DNA of 64,000 nucleotides from Callorhinchus milii (GCF_018977255.1 NW_024704742.1:103108001-103172000); one strand, 5' to 3'; shown: positions 40,301-54,034, numbered from the stretch's first letter. The notes: generated by a model from the letters alone, not told the origin. Translations and numbers: made by a program.

Positions 40301-43300
40301 TACAGTATGTTCTGTGAAGCGCTTTGAGATGTTTCGAACACGTGACAAGATGCTATATCAATTGCAAGGATTATTATTTTTTCTAAACAAACTAAACTAA
40401 AAGATTCATGCTTGAATGGATAGAGAGAGGACCGCAGGTCAGAACCAATTCAGAGAAACCAGCCAGTAATTTTATCAATCCCAGTTTCCGATCCTCCTTC
40501 AAGGCTAATTTGCAGTGATCGATTTTAATTTAATTCAGTTTGCTTTACAGTGACCGGCTATCATTGTGGAACCCCAATAGTGGAGTTTCATTGTAACTTG
40601 GACTTTCAAAGCTGCGAGCCAGAAGTCCAGCATGGCGCAGCTTCATGGACATAGAGTAGTAAATTTATGGAACAGGCTCCTAGGGAGATGGCAGACACAG
40701 AAAGTGTTGATTCTTTCAAAATCGAATTACATTTTTTTGAGGAAATAATATCTTGGGTTATAGCACAAAGTTTGGGACATGAAATGTGCATGAGATTGCC
40801 AGAGTGGTGGATAGCAAACTAGATGGACCTTGGTCTTCTTTCACCTAGCAATTCTTATGTTCTTACGTTATTAAGAATCATATTTGAGAAGCACCGGGTG
40901 AAATTTGGTCTTCAACACAGTCAGGTGGGTTCAGTATGATAAATATTGCATGCATTGCTAAATTGACCCTAAAATGAGCTAGACCCTCCCTTATTTAAAA
41001 AAAAGCAGTGGTGATGTAACACTGTTAAATGTAATGACACTCTCTTGACATACCAGTTTGATTTACAGTTTTTCCAGCACACCCAACGTACACTGACCCG
41101 CAAGGCATCACTGATTCATTCCTTCTCAGTGGCAAATTTAGGTAATCCCACTGCTACTTTTTCTGACATTGACTAATTTGGGGCAGGACAGAGATTAAAC
41201 CTGTGGTTTAGTTGATTTTTACAGCTCAGTCCCAGTCCATGCAATTCCCTACTGAGCCTTGGGGGAAAGTGCATTAAATAGGCCAGTCGGAGCTGCAGAA
41301 TAGATGGCTGGTTGTGGAGGCCAACATGACATGTGAAAGCCCTCAAGTGAATTAACGTCTAAAATTGGCTTTTTTGCTTGAAAAATATCACGATGCAGTT
41401 TAAGTTCAAAATATTATTTTGCACAACTTTTTTGGCACCTCGCAGTGAGTATTAGAATTGCACTTTGTTATGTGTATCAATTGAGAACAAATGCTTTCTT
41501 TGATCCTCTAAAGTAGAATATAGAAGTGAACCATAGTTTTTTTTCCTGCCTTGTTTCACTTTCTACCCTCCTTCCCCAGCCTTCTGCCATTCTCAAGTGA
41601 AAGGGCAGACAGATAATACGCTTCCAAACCACGCCAATACTGTAACTGACAGATGATTAAGTATGTAAGAACAGACTGGCAGGGACGTTTTCCCTTTTCA
41701 GTGGGAAGCCTGTGTCTCCAGGTAGTGTTTTCAGCAGCCGGTCTGAGATTAAAAACTCATCATTTAGGGTTTCACAGGTACAAAACCACATCCTGTCACA
41801 CCATGCTGTAGCTTCTTGAAACATTAGTAATTTCTCCAGCCTGTCATGCTGCTGGCTTTAGGCATGTTTTTCCACAATCTGAATCATATTTTTTCACACA
41901 ACATTAATTCTTAAACCTAACCTTGATTTTTGTTCACAGAGACACAAAATTAGTGCCAGGGGCTGAAGCCATTCGGAATATTGTTTTTTTCGGAACATTG
42001 ACTAAGAACCAAAGGAAGACTGCTGACAGATTGGATGAATGAACCTTGTTCCCAAAATAATGCGGCTCACAGGAATGCCGATTGGCACAATTTCATACAT
42101 TGACACTGAGTTATCAGCAGCCATAAAACTGAAGCCATCCAGTTGGAGGTTGACTAAATGGAATATAAGAATAGCTAGTTTTGCAGTTGTAAGAATGGTA
42201 ATAAATACCACAGTTACATTTCAATATTGTATTCCGCGATTTGTATTGTTCAGATAGTGATCATGAAATAAAACTTTTACTGCACTTTTTGTGGATATAG
42301 CAGGCCAAATTTCAACAACTGTGGTTCCCTTTTACCTGCATGTTACATGTTATCACGCACTGAGCAACAAATAGTACCCTTATCACCCTGTCACTAATAA
42401 TCCGAAGACCTAAACTAATCAACAACAAGTTACATTTATATAGCATCTTTCATATCTGTAGGACATCGCAAAGTCAAAATGGGTCTTGCATCCTAACAGG
42501 AAAGTCGGTGGTGGGTTTGTCTTGTTTGTAAAGATATCCTTGCAGGACTATCACATTAATTGATAGTAATTCAGCTTAATTTTATTTCTATTTATTTGGG
42601 TGTTCTAAGGTACAAGCTGCAAATGCAGAAACATGAGTACACCAGCTGGCAGGCTAAAAATTTGTAAAAAAAAATCTTAAGCAGAATCAAAGACGTTTTA
42701 ATAAAGTTTAAAAAATACGACGTAATATTTTAGAGAACTCCCAAAATAACAAGAGAAGGGAAAAATATATTTACTATGACTTGCTACATTCAAGCCTGCC
42801 ATTTAAAATTCAGATGCTGCTGCACACACTGAGCATGATAAGCTCTTGCTTGATACTAAGATTCATTGCCAGCAATAGAACAGCTTAAAAATAGTTAACG
42901 TGAAGCTCCAGGTTTTAATCCTGGCTGTTCCCACAGCCTCTAACATGGCATGGAGATTTATCTCAGCTTTGTTAGATATGATGAGCTCCACTGTTTAATC
43001 CTACCTAGCCATATATTGGATCTTGTGTATTTGAGGTGTATATGCTGCAACCAGTGACAGCTTCCGCTTTGTTTCTGATTTGTTTCATTACAAAGTCTCA
43101 TTCTGTTTTTGTATTCTCTACCACTTTGCCTATCGGTATCATTTGCAAGCTGATTTGCTCTATACAAATGAAAATACAGAGCATAGGTTTGTAAACATCT
43201 TTTGTTCCAATCCCAACACATGATATTGTTCTTTATATTTTCTAAGTAATGACCAGTGTTGTGAAGGGGAGAGAACACTATTTAAAGGTTTTGAATTAGT

Positions 43301-43479
43301 ATGATTTTTGGTTTTACTAAATGGAAACTCTTGTTTATAAGCAGCAAACACAATGCTGCCTTGCGAAACATAATTGTGGAGCAATTGAAACTGCTGTCTT
43401 AATACCTGTTATGCTTTGTGGGTGAAGTGGATCAAAACAGTTTTGCTTTTAAGTTAGTGTAAAAACTGTTAAAGATCTT

Positions 43480-44170
43480 GAGCTACTCCTTTCCAGGACT
43501 CCTTGGCTCCCGTCAATGTCTTCACTCCCACAAATCTAAACTCCTCAAGCTCCCTGGGCTCTCCCTCAGACTCACCAAACCAGCGCGCAACTTAGGCATC
43601 TGGTTCAGCCCCAGCTGTCCTTCTTCCCCCACGTCCAGTCCCTGAATAGGATTGCCTTCTTCCAACCTCTGCCACATTGCCCGCCTCCGACCGTACTTTA
43701 TCCCAAATGCAGTTGAAACTCTTGTACATGTGTTTGCCACCTCCCGCCTGGATTACTCAAATACATTCCTCACAGGTCTCTCCAGTTCCACTATACAAAA
43801 ACTCCAGCTCATTCAGTTTTGGCTCCCCATCACCGAATGGATCGACACAAGATCCTCACTCTCGTGTTCAAATCCATTCACTCCCTGGCACATCCCTGCC
43901 TTTCTGACCTCCTCACTCCCCAGTTTCCGCTTGATTGGCACTGGCTTCCTGCTCATCCCTTGCACCCTCCGCCCTACCATCAGAGGTCATGCTTTCAGCC
44001 ACTGCACTACACAAAACTCTGGAACCCCTCCAATCCCTCCGCTTTCCCCCCTTCTCTCCCCTCTTTCAAGTCCCGCCTGAAGTCAGGCTGGGAGTCAGGC
44101 TCCGCCACTGTTAAGCGCTCTTGAGACATTACCCTGTGTGGAGGGTGCTATGTAAGTGCAAGTTGTTGTC
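43480..44170 (+). mobile_element. Older L2 3' fragment
   Basis: VETLVHVFATSRLDYSN motif; gcaagttgttg tail. Confidence 0.85.
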
Positions 44171-44719
44171 GTTTATATGATAAGTTACGTTTTTTTTTCA
44201 TCCCCTGATTTAACTCATAAATTATTACAAAAATGTTTCTGCTCCTTGAGTAGTTATGGAAGAGTGTATTGAATATTCTGATAGTTTCAAAAGAAAATCC
44301 AATATTAAATTGCAAGTTGTGTCAGCCTGGCTTAGTTGGTAGCACTATCACCTCTGAGTCAGAAGGGACTTGGGACCTGGAATCACATAGTTCTAAGCTA
44401 TGAGCTATCTCAACGAGGTAATAAGGCTATATCAATTGCAAGGATTATTATTATTATTATTTAGCAATCGCGTAGTCTCCAAAGAATAAGCTATTGAATC
44501 CAGTTATTGATGCTTTTATATTGCAGCACTGTATAAGTGGAGGTGAGCATGAACTGTGCATTACTACAGCTACAGCTTTCTCCCCTGAGTCTGTTTCTTT
44601 CATCCATTTTTACGGTGTCATTGAATAAGTGACATCACACACGATATAATCTTTTGACACTGAAATAACATTAGCAAAGGCCGGGAGATGTACCTGTGTA
44701 CCTGACTATGTGTGTGAGT

Positions 44720-45034
44720 GTCCTCATCCTCACCTACAAGGCCATTACCATCGGTGGCCGGGCCTCTCAGCCCCTAGGCTCTGGAACTCCATCCCCCAGT
44801 GCCTTCGCCGCCTCCTCCCTTTCCTCCTTCAAGGCCGGTCTCGAGACCTTTCTCTTTGACTGTGCCTTCAGCTCCCCTCTCGACTCACTACCCCCTCCTC
44901 GCTCCCTCCCTTCCCTCCCCTCACCCTGACCATTTCCCCTCTGCTCGAGTCCTGACCCAACTGTACAGCGCCTTGGGACGTCCTCCCGACGTGAAAAGCG
45001 CTCTATAAATGGAATCTTGTTGTTGTTGTTGTTG
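44720..45034 (+). mobile_element. Young L2 3' end
   Basis: Near-identical to the reverse complement of 6331-6660; (TTG)n tail. Confidence 0.9.
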
Positions 45035-45840
45035 ACTATGTTTGTTTTAGTTTGTTGGATGCTCGCAACTTTGGAGGCAATGAGAGATCCCCAAAGGGTC
45101 GAGGGCAGCTTGCACTAGGAAATTCTTATTGGTTTCATCATTGCCATAGCAGATAATAGTTCATAAAACAGCCATTGCAGCCTCAGAAGCAATGATTTAT
45201 GTTGGTGTTTTAAGATGTTGCTCCTTTTTTCATCTCACCACATAAATAACGTAATTTGCGTTAAGTCTACGTTCTTTTATGTGGCAGACAAAACACTAAC
45301 TATAGGCAGAAGCCTTCTCTGCTCATGTCGTGTTTGGTCAGGTGTGCCTCTGGTGTAAACATGGTATGCATTGGGGTCTTTGATGTGCATCCTGGATTTC
45401 TGCCTAACTGATTATTATTGAGCCAATAACATTTATACAATAATAATCCTTGCATTTGATATGGCGTCTTATCACATCTTCGAAATGTCCCATAGCGATT
45501 CACAGAGTATACTGTAAAGTGAATTGTCTGTATATTTTGTCTACGAAAGTAACCTTCGAGGCTCCTGCAAGTGGTTTCTACAATTCCATCGCATCCTACC
45601 TCTGTTACAATGCAGGACACAGCCTCATATAAAGAGTGATTGGAAAGGTTTTTTTTAGAAGAGGGAAAGCTCTGCATTATTTTTTGCACGCCTACATGAT
45701 TGTGTCGACAGAACATTTTTAAGCATCCGCTTTTTACAAAAAATAGTGCAATATGCTGTATGGATTTTGTTGTAAAGGTTTTAAATCTCCATGTAAAAGC
45801 TCCTCAAAAGTGTTTTGTTTGCTGTGACTAGCTTAGGTAT

Positions 45841-46130
45841 GTAGACCAGGAAGGTGACCAGTGTGAGTCCTGGTCATTGCTGAATTAGCTGGTTAGGATT
45901 TGAGATCAGCCTGCAGAGACCAGCCAGGGTTGCGGCTCTAATCTCTATTCAACAACCGCTGGGAGATATGAATCTATGGACCTCAGAGTGAGGAGAAGAA
46001 CTATCTGACTGCAAACTCTGAAATAAGCTATCTGACACTCAATATCAATTTGTAAATTCTCACACGTAAAGACGTGAGAAAGTGGAGGTCAACTGGCATC
46101 TGCGGAACAGAACAGCAATGGAGGAAATGT
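45841..46130 (+). mobile_element. Ancient SINE relic, AmnSINE2-like
   Basis: agaccaggaagg...gctgaattagctg...cagccagggtt blocks resemble the recalled consensus. Related relics at ~37450-37640(-), ~41130-41270(-), ~49040, ~56930 and ~62310. Confidence 0.45.
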
Positions 46131-46994
46131 GGAAAATGGAAGCTGAGGGCAAAATCCCTGCAGAAAAACATTGGAGTCGTTTAGTCATTGTTCGTTTGTA
46201 ATACTGTTCTCTGCTTCTCTAATAACTCCATTAGAGGTCAAGAGATGAGTCTGAATATTGGGCAACTCTGCTCCCTATTCATTGGTTCTGCTGAATATTA
46301 TTTCGGTGGAAGAGATTGCTAAAATAATGTCCTAATGTTTTGAACATTCACAGAGGTTTACAATGTTTACATCAGCATAATCGAGTCTGGTTGCTCTGGC
46401 ACCACAACATTATTCTGGAGTCAGATCTTCTGTCTGCAAAAGTAACGGAAGATTGAACTCCAAGTAGGTTTTCCCCAAATTTGGCAGCAGAAAAATCATT
46501 TTACATACCAAGTTACCTCATGAGATGAACACATAATGTTAAAGTAATATAAAATGCTCCTAGTTGTTACTGTCGCTTTTGATTTGAAAATGATAAGAAA
46601 AAACACAATTGAAAAAGGCAGATGACTCTCAGTGGATTAATAAGTTTGTAAATGCAACTCTTGTAAACATATTTCTTAAGACATCATCTTAACAAATTGC
46701 ATTTCAAAATAATTTAAAATGCACCACAATCACTCTTCAAATATAAAAGAAAAAAGAGGTGATAAATGCAATGCGTCTCGTTGTGAGTAGATTTGCCTTA
46801 AATCCATGCGTCATTAATCTGAGTAGATGGAAATGATCTGTAATGACGACTTAGGCCAGTAATTGAACTGGGTCTAGTTTTATATAATCTATCTAAGGCG
46901 GAGAAAGAAGGGGGATTAACTCAAGAAAGCTCAATAGGCAAGATAGAAAAGGATTTTTTTTAAAAAGTTACATTTTCTTTCATCGCTTAGCAAT

Positions 46995-47432
46995 TAATAA
47001 TAAATAGTAATCCTTGTAGTTGATATAGCGCCTTTCACGTGATAAAGCGCTTCACAGGATTTTATTGTAAAGTGTAGTGATTGCTTTTTGTAGGCAAGCA
47101 AGGCAGTCAATTTGTGCACAGCATTGACCCACAAACGACCATGAAGTGAATGACAATTTATATGGGGGATTGTTGGCCAGGACACCGGGAAAAACTTCCT
47201 GCTCTTTTCGAATAGTGCTAAAGGATCTTTTAGGTCCACCCTGAACAGGTAAACAGGGCCTCGGTTTAATGTTTCATCCGAAGCACAGCACTTCCGACAA
47301 TGCAGCACACCCACAGAACTGCATGGAATGTCAGTTTAGACCATGTGAGTTCTAAGTCCTGAACTTGTATAGTCATAGTTTGAAGCCACAACCTTCTGAC
47401 TCAGGTGAAAGTGCTACCAACAGAGCCAGGCT
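46995..47432 (-). mobile_element. Deu-domain-type SINE (AmnSINE1/SacSINE1-like core)
   Basis: Core tcggatgaaacattaaaccgaggcc...aaagatcc...ggtgtcctggccaa resembles the Deu domain as I recall it. Other copies at about 2265, 7530, 20225, 33800, 51240, 52780 and 63060. Confidence 0.7.
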
Positions 47433-47600
47433 GCAATTTTCTCCATCCCCCTCTTCTGAAGACTATCTCACTTCTTTTTCCTTTGTGTTACAGCTCTGTA
47501 TGTGCTGTCTGCCCTCTGGATTTATCAGTAGGTGGCCCATAAGTTATGTTTGTTTACATGGTAAATGCCTTATTAAAGATTTTCCTTTCTGTTTTTTCAG

Positions 47601-47646
47601 TCCTACGACAATGGGCTTGCCCAGGGAGCTGGACTGGAATCACATG
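47601..47646 (+). CDS. PGGT1B: Geranylgeranyltransferase type I subunit beta, exon 6 (SYDNGLAQGAGLESH/G)
   Basis: Acceptor ...ctgttttttcag and donor gtaagc. 46 nt; the peptide matches the human PGGT1B segment as recalled, and its phase joins exon 7. Confidence 0.96.
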
Positions 47647-47896
47647 GTAAGCATGATTTTTGCAATTCAAAAATTCTTAATTGGAAGTGGTTTATATCAG
47701 CACATTTGTTTCTCTGTCATGTTGCAAATGATTGTTGCTCTCACATACACGTATGTAAATCTTATTTCCTGTAAATGGAGTAGGTTTAAAAGCAGTGTCC
47801 TGGTGCAGTGTAGTATCTTACCAATGCACTTGTGCCATGAAATGGCAGTATAGCTTTTAACTCCAGATGCTCTGTTTTCTGGCTGGCAGAAAAGTA

Positions 47897-48428
47897 CAAC
47901 AACAACAAGATTCCATTTATAGAGCGCCTTTCATGTCGGGAGGACGTCCCAAGGCGCTGTACAGTTGGGTCAGGACCCGAGCGGGGGGAAATGGTCAGGG
48001 TGAGGGGAGGGAAGGGAGGGAGCGAGGAGGGGGTAGAGAGTCGAGAGGGGAGCTGAAGACACGGTCAAAGAGAAAGGTCTTGAGACCGGCCTTGAAGGAG
48101 GAAAGGGAGGAAGCGGCGAAGGCACTGGGGGATAGAGTTCCAGAGCCTGGGGCTGAGAGGCTGAAGGCCCGACCACCGATGGTAGGGCGGTTGGGGCGGG
48201 GGATGTGGAGCAGACCGGAGCCAGAGGAACGGAGGGTACGGGCAGGTAGGTAGGGGGATAGTAGGTTGGAGAGGTAGGAGGGAGCAAGGCCGTGAATGGC
48301 CTTGTAGGTGAGGATGAGGATCTTGAAATCAATCCTCTGGGGGATGGGGAGCCAGTGGAGGCGAGCGAGGGTGGGAGTGATGTGGTCCCGAAGCCTGGTG
48401 CGGGACAGTACACGAGCTGCAGAGTTCT
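47897..48428 (-). mobile_element. Young 5'-truncated L2 in PGGT1B intron 6
   Basis: Near-identical to 6331-6915. Confidence 0.92.
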
Positions 48429-50256
48429 AAGTAGGCACTGAATAGATGAAAGATTCTTCTCTGTATGGGTTGATGACTTAACTGATAGTTAGTTAATCGG
48501 CTGCCTGTCTTCTGCTGCAGTGTCAGAGATGGGATGGCTGAGATTAAGAACCTCGCCATGCTGGGAAACCTCCCGCTGAATCCACTGATTTTTTTAAGGA
48601 GGGAGGAAGCATGAAGACGAGGCTGGGCATATGAGACCAATTGATCTGGAAACGCATGTGATACCTAATCATGGAGTACCATTGATGGTGGTCTTGCCTC
48701 CTGTTTTTTTTTAAAGCCCCATAATCTTAGTTTTTTACTCTTGTACCAAAAGTCAAAGATACAGCACAGTGGAAACTCACTGTTAAGGGGCAGTCGTTAT
48801 TTTATTTGAAAATAAAGGGCCTTTTTTGCCCTTAGTGAACTGCCTTGTTTGGTAAATTAGGAATTTTGGCCACAATCAGTTTCAAATTTTAAAAAAAGCA
48901 GGCTATGAAAAGTGGCCTGGTTTGTGATTTACAATGATCACTGAAATGTCCATAGAAGTGAGGTTTAACTATAGCTCATAGTCCATCATAAAGATAGTTA
49001 CATCTCCTAGCTTGTAATGGTCAGATTGTCACAGTGTAAGTGGCTCCTTGATGGCTCAGATATGAAAGCTAATGCTTTGTATGAAACAGCCATAAAGATC
49101 GAATAGATCTCTTGATTCGATCCTGTTGAGGATTTTAAAAGTTTGAGTTTAAAAGCACTACAAGTAGCTTCAAAGTACCTGAATTAGGGGAGAATAGTAA
49201 TCACTGTCCAGTGATCTTAGCTGATAAGAGCATGTTTGTATATTTCAGCTGCAGTTACCTTTCCACCTGCCACACACACTCACACACACATGCACAAATA
49301 GCATTTCAAGTTTCACACTGTATAATAATAATAATCCTTGCATTTGATATAGCGCTTTTCACGTCAGGAGGACATCCCAAAGCGCTTCACAAAACACACA
49401 CTGTAAAGTGAATTGACTGTATATTTGTGGGCAAATTTGTATCCCAAAACATTGAGAGCAGAAGGAGAATGAAAAAGACTATTGTTGAACCTTATTAATA
49501 GGACATAAGGCCCCATTGAAATAAAGTGGGTAACAGAATCCAATGGGTAACAGAATCCATTGGAATACAGGTGGACTAAATTTTTGTAATACTTAAATAA
49601 TATAGTAATAATCCTTGCATTTGATAAAGCGCTTTTCACGTCTTCTAGACATCTCAAAGCGCTTCACAGAATATACTGTAAAGTTATTTGAATGTATTTA
49701 TGGGCGAAACGAGGCAGCCAATTGAGTAACCAAATTATTATTTTTTGTGAACCTTATGTGATATGTGAAAGCCAGCACTTCAAATTAATAAATGAAATAA
49801 TGCCATTCAAAGCATTATTTTCCCTTTGCATTTATCTAGTTTGGCATCAATACTTTTCTGTCATGTGTACACGGGTAAGACCTTGCAGAGCTATTCTAAT
49901 CAATTCATAATCGTATGTAAATAATTTCCCATTGTAGTTCTCCTTTTCCTCAATCAGACTTTGGGATTTGATTTTCAGGTTTTGCAAAAGTGAATGCAGC
50001 AGGTGCCTAGATGGGTCTCAGGCTAGCCACTGGAACTGCTCCTTTCTTATTTCTGACTTCATGAAGTCAGTTTGTGGCCAAAAAGACATCTCAACAGTTT
50101 CAGGTTCCTGAAGGATTTGCAGTTTGTTACTCTCACAAATCATCAGCCTTTCTTAGGATTTTGCCACATATTGGAAGATTTAGTTATGTTGAGAAATTGC
50201 TTATCCTAGTTACAAATAGTTTTTTAATTGTGCCTTGGGACGTGCTCCTGATGTGA

Positions 50257-50610
<354 letters not shown>

Positions 50611-50677
50611 TAATAATTCTTGCATTTGATATAGCGCTTTTCACGTCTTCTCGACATCTCAAAGAGTTTCACAGAAT

Positions 50678-50980
50678 AATAATAATCCTTGCATTTGATA
50701 TAGCGCTTTTCACGTCGGGAGGACGTCCTAAAGCGCTTCACAGAACACACTATAAAGTGAATTGACTGTATATTTGTGGGTGAAATGCGGCAGCCAATTG
50801 CGTACAGCAGTGTCCCACAAACAGTCGTAGATTGAATGACCAATTTATTATTTTTTCTTGAGGGATTATTATCAGGCGTGTGGAGTAAGGAAACTTGCCC
50901 AAGGTTTCGCCCTGCCGGGAATCGAACCCAGGTCTCTCGCTTGCAAGGCGAGTGCTCTAACCACTGAGCTACAGGACTCC
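50678..50980 (-). mobile_element. Full-length tRNA(Ala)-derived SINE
   Basis: Reverse complement of the 34073 family. Confidence 0.9.
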
Positions 50981-51589
50981 GTGTGTTACTATTGACAGAC
51001 TAGAAATGGATGCATTTCTCACAGAAATGCTCTCAATGGCCTATTAATGATTTGATATTTTATTCATTTAAAAGGTAGTTGAGATATGAATGTGGAGGAA
51101 CATATTTTGTTCAGTTCTATTTTTGTCTCCACTAAATGGAGTGAGTGTTTCTCTTCCCCCTCCCCCATTTTGTGGTAGAAAAAATAGAACAAAAAATAAA
51201 ATGGGTAATTGCAGTAATCAATACATACACAGTACTGTCCCATAAAGCAGTCATGAAATATTGGGGATTGTTGGCCAGGACACCAGGAACAACTACCTTT
51301 TCTTTTTGAATAGTATCACCTGAATAGGAAGACAGCACCTCAGTTTTAACGTCTCACCTAAAAGACGTCACCTCTGACATTGCAGCACACCCACATTGGA
51401 GTGTCAGCCTAAATTAAGTTTGAAGTTAAAGTATTTATATATTACGAGCTGTACCCATTGCAGCTTCGCTTGCAACCAAAGGATCCAATATGGAATGCAG
51501 ATTGACACACGGCCAGACATTTTGTCTTTATCTATACTCAGCTGGGAGGACTCAGTGGGAGGACTCCTTCAATATATTTCCTCTCACAG

Positions 51590-51688
51590 TGTCTCTGTCT
51601 CTCTCTCAGTCTCTGTGTCTCTCTCTCAGTCTCTCTCTCAGTCTCTCTCACTATCTCAGTCTCTCTCAGTCTTTCTCTCTGTCTGTCC
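51590..51688 (+). repeat. (CT)n / CTCTCAGT compound microsatellite
   Basis: Seen directly. Confidence 0.9.
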
Positions 51689-54033
51689 CAGATGGGAGGA
51701 TTTTAGTTCCCATGACAACCAGAAAAAAGTGCCATACATTTGCAGCAGAATATAGATGTATTTATCTGATCAGTGTGCGCTTTCCTCTGTCGCTACCTAG
51801 TTCCAGAATATGATGCATAGCTCACACTTTGAGACTTAATAGCTCATCAACGATAGGAGATACCCCCACCCCCCAAAAAACAAATATTCCCAGGACGCTG
51901 CCAGATTTATACTTTCCTATGAAGTATAAATCATGTCTCTACATCAATCGGTTATTGCGTGATTATCAGATACACTGACACACGGACAGACACTTTGTCT
52001 TTATTAGTAAAGATAACAGTTTAACATTTAAATGAGACTGGAGTTTCCTTTCTAAACCCAGTCCTTGAGAGGGAGCAAGGCAGTTTTCTTCAGTTAAAAT
52101 CTAGTGCTTAAAATCTTTTTCTTCTGTGACTTTGATATTAACGCACATTTTTCAGTGATTAACAATTATTGAGAAAATAAATATCCTTGTTTCCTTCAGT
52201 TGTAATTTCATATGATGTAAATCATTTGCTATAAATATGATGTGGATATATGATGGGAAAGATCATGATTTGATCCGAGTCTGATAACATTATGATCCAA
52301 TAATGTTTTGATCCAAAAGCTCAGTGAGTTAAAATGTGGTTTGTAAATACTATACCAACAAAAACAAAATTAAACTTAATTTCAGTTTGGTGAGGGAAGG
52401 GAATATTTGGAATAGCCAAACTATAGCAACTACCAATGATCACTGCACGAGCCCAATACTCGTGGTACTTTCATTGGATTATTGTTTCTTTTGCCCTGAA
52501 TTCTGGTACTTTGGCGTAGCTTAAGAATGCAATGGTGGTTTAATGCTAATCTTAAATGCTATGAGCACCTGAGCGAAAAGGTAGTAAAGCTGATGTTATT
52601 TAGAGTCTAAAGCAATACGTTACCTGTGGGTTCTAACGTATCTTACACATTTGTCCATGATAGAAACATTCCGGACACTAAGCAAAGCCATCAGAGCGCC
52701 AAATGGAATGTGTAGAAATTAGGAAGTTCACAAGGAAGTGTGTATGTATGCCTGGCTAAGTTTTTAACATTCTCCCTCTGCGTAGTAGGTTGTGGGATCA
52801 AGTCCCACATCAAGACTTTGAGCTCATAGTCGAGGCTGAAACTGCATTGCAGTGCTAGGGGGCATTTCATTGTGAAAGATACCCTCTGATGTTAAACTAA
52901 GGTCCTTGATATCATGTCTGCCTGTTCAGGTGGATGTTATAAATCTTCAAAAAAAAGAGAATTTCTCCTGGTGCCTGGCCAACAATCTCCCAGATAAAAA
53001 AAATTGGTTGTTCACTTCATGGCTGTTTGTGGAACGTTGCTGGGCACAAATTGGCTGACGCATATGCCTACAAATACAAAGTCACTACACTTTACAGAAA
53101 GACTGAAGCGCTTTGAGACATTTCAATGCAATAAGGTGCTATCTCAAAATCAACAATGATTATTATAACCCAATGAGATATTCCGGCTACATTGTTGTAA
53201 ATGCAAACGTGATCATTTACTTCCAGCCTATGTGGCAGGTATTTTGGCTTCTGCTTGGAGAATGTCCTGTGAAGTCTCAATCCATGGATAGTTCCTGAAA
53301 GTCAAGATGTTTATTTATTACAATATTAAAATTGTCCAAATAAAATTGGTTACTTACAGCATGGCTGTTTGTGGAACATTGTACGAAATTGGCTGCCACA
53401 GTCACCCACAAAATAGTCATACCATTTGACATTATATCCTGTGAGGTACTTTAAGACATGTTGATGACATGATAAAGTGCTATATCAAATGCAAGGATTA
53501 TTATTCTATTATATTAATGTCCTCTTGGAATTTGATTTTGATTCTGAAACAAACAGGTGTGAGGTCTGTTTGAGTGCAAGGTTTTGTGTGATTTTAAGTT
53601 TCTTATAGATGTTACTTTGTTGCCCTCCTTTTTGTCATTTAACGAATTCTACAAGATACTGAATGACTAGCATCATATTCAGCTTGGCTTGTGGAAAAGG
53701 AAGTTCTTAGATCCAATCCATCATTTGTGTCAAAACCTTTTTCCAGGTTTCACTCGTCTTGGAAAATGTTAGTGCTGAAGTATCATTTACCATCTCATAT
53801 TTCTTTCATGGAAAGAAAGCACCATTTAGTCGTTTATATTAAAGTTTTAGGTTTCTATGTCCAAGAAAGAAATTGCATTTTAATAGTGTCTTATCGGGTC
53901 AAAACATCAAAAGACACTTTATAGGTAATTACTGTTAAGCACAGTGACCATTTTTGTAAGCAAATTCAGCAGGTATTTTGCACAAAGTAAGATCCCACAA
54001 ATGGCTTGAGGTGAATGACTAATTGTATTTGGA

Positions 54034-54034
<1 letters not shown>

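Larger units (their letters stand above)
41803..45632 (+). pseudogene. Decayed Ig-superfamily receptor gene: leader 41803-41861, V-like 41940-~42350, hydrophobic exon 43036-43186, terminal exon ~45550-45632
   Basis: cacc-ATG leader; 78-nt intron with CCTAAC branch site; FYC and FYLHVT motifs; hydrophobic exon; terminal FYNSIASY resembling IYANLPSY. Confidence 0.4.

Noticed and set aside
51396..51813. ORFs with SLSQSLS repeats
   Set aside because: Artefacts of the CT microsatellite.
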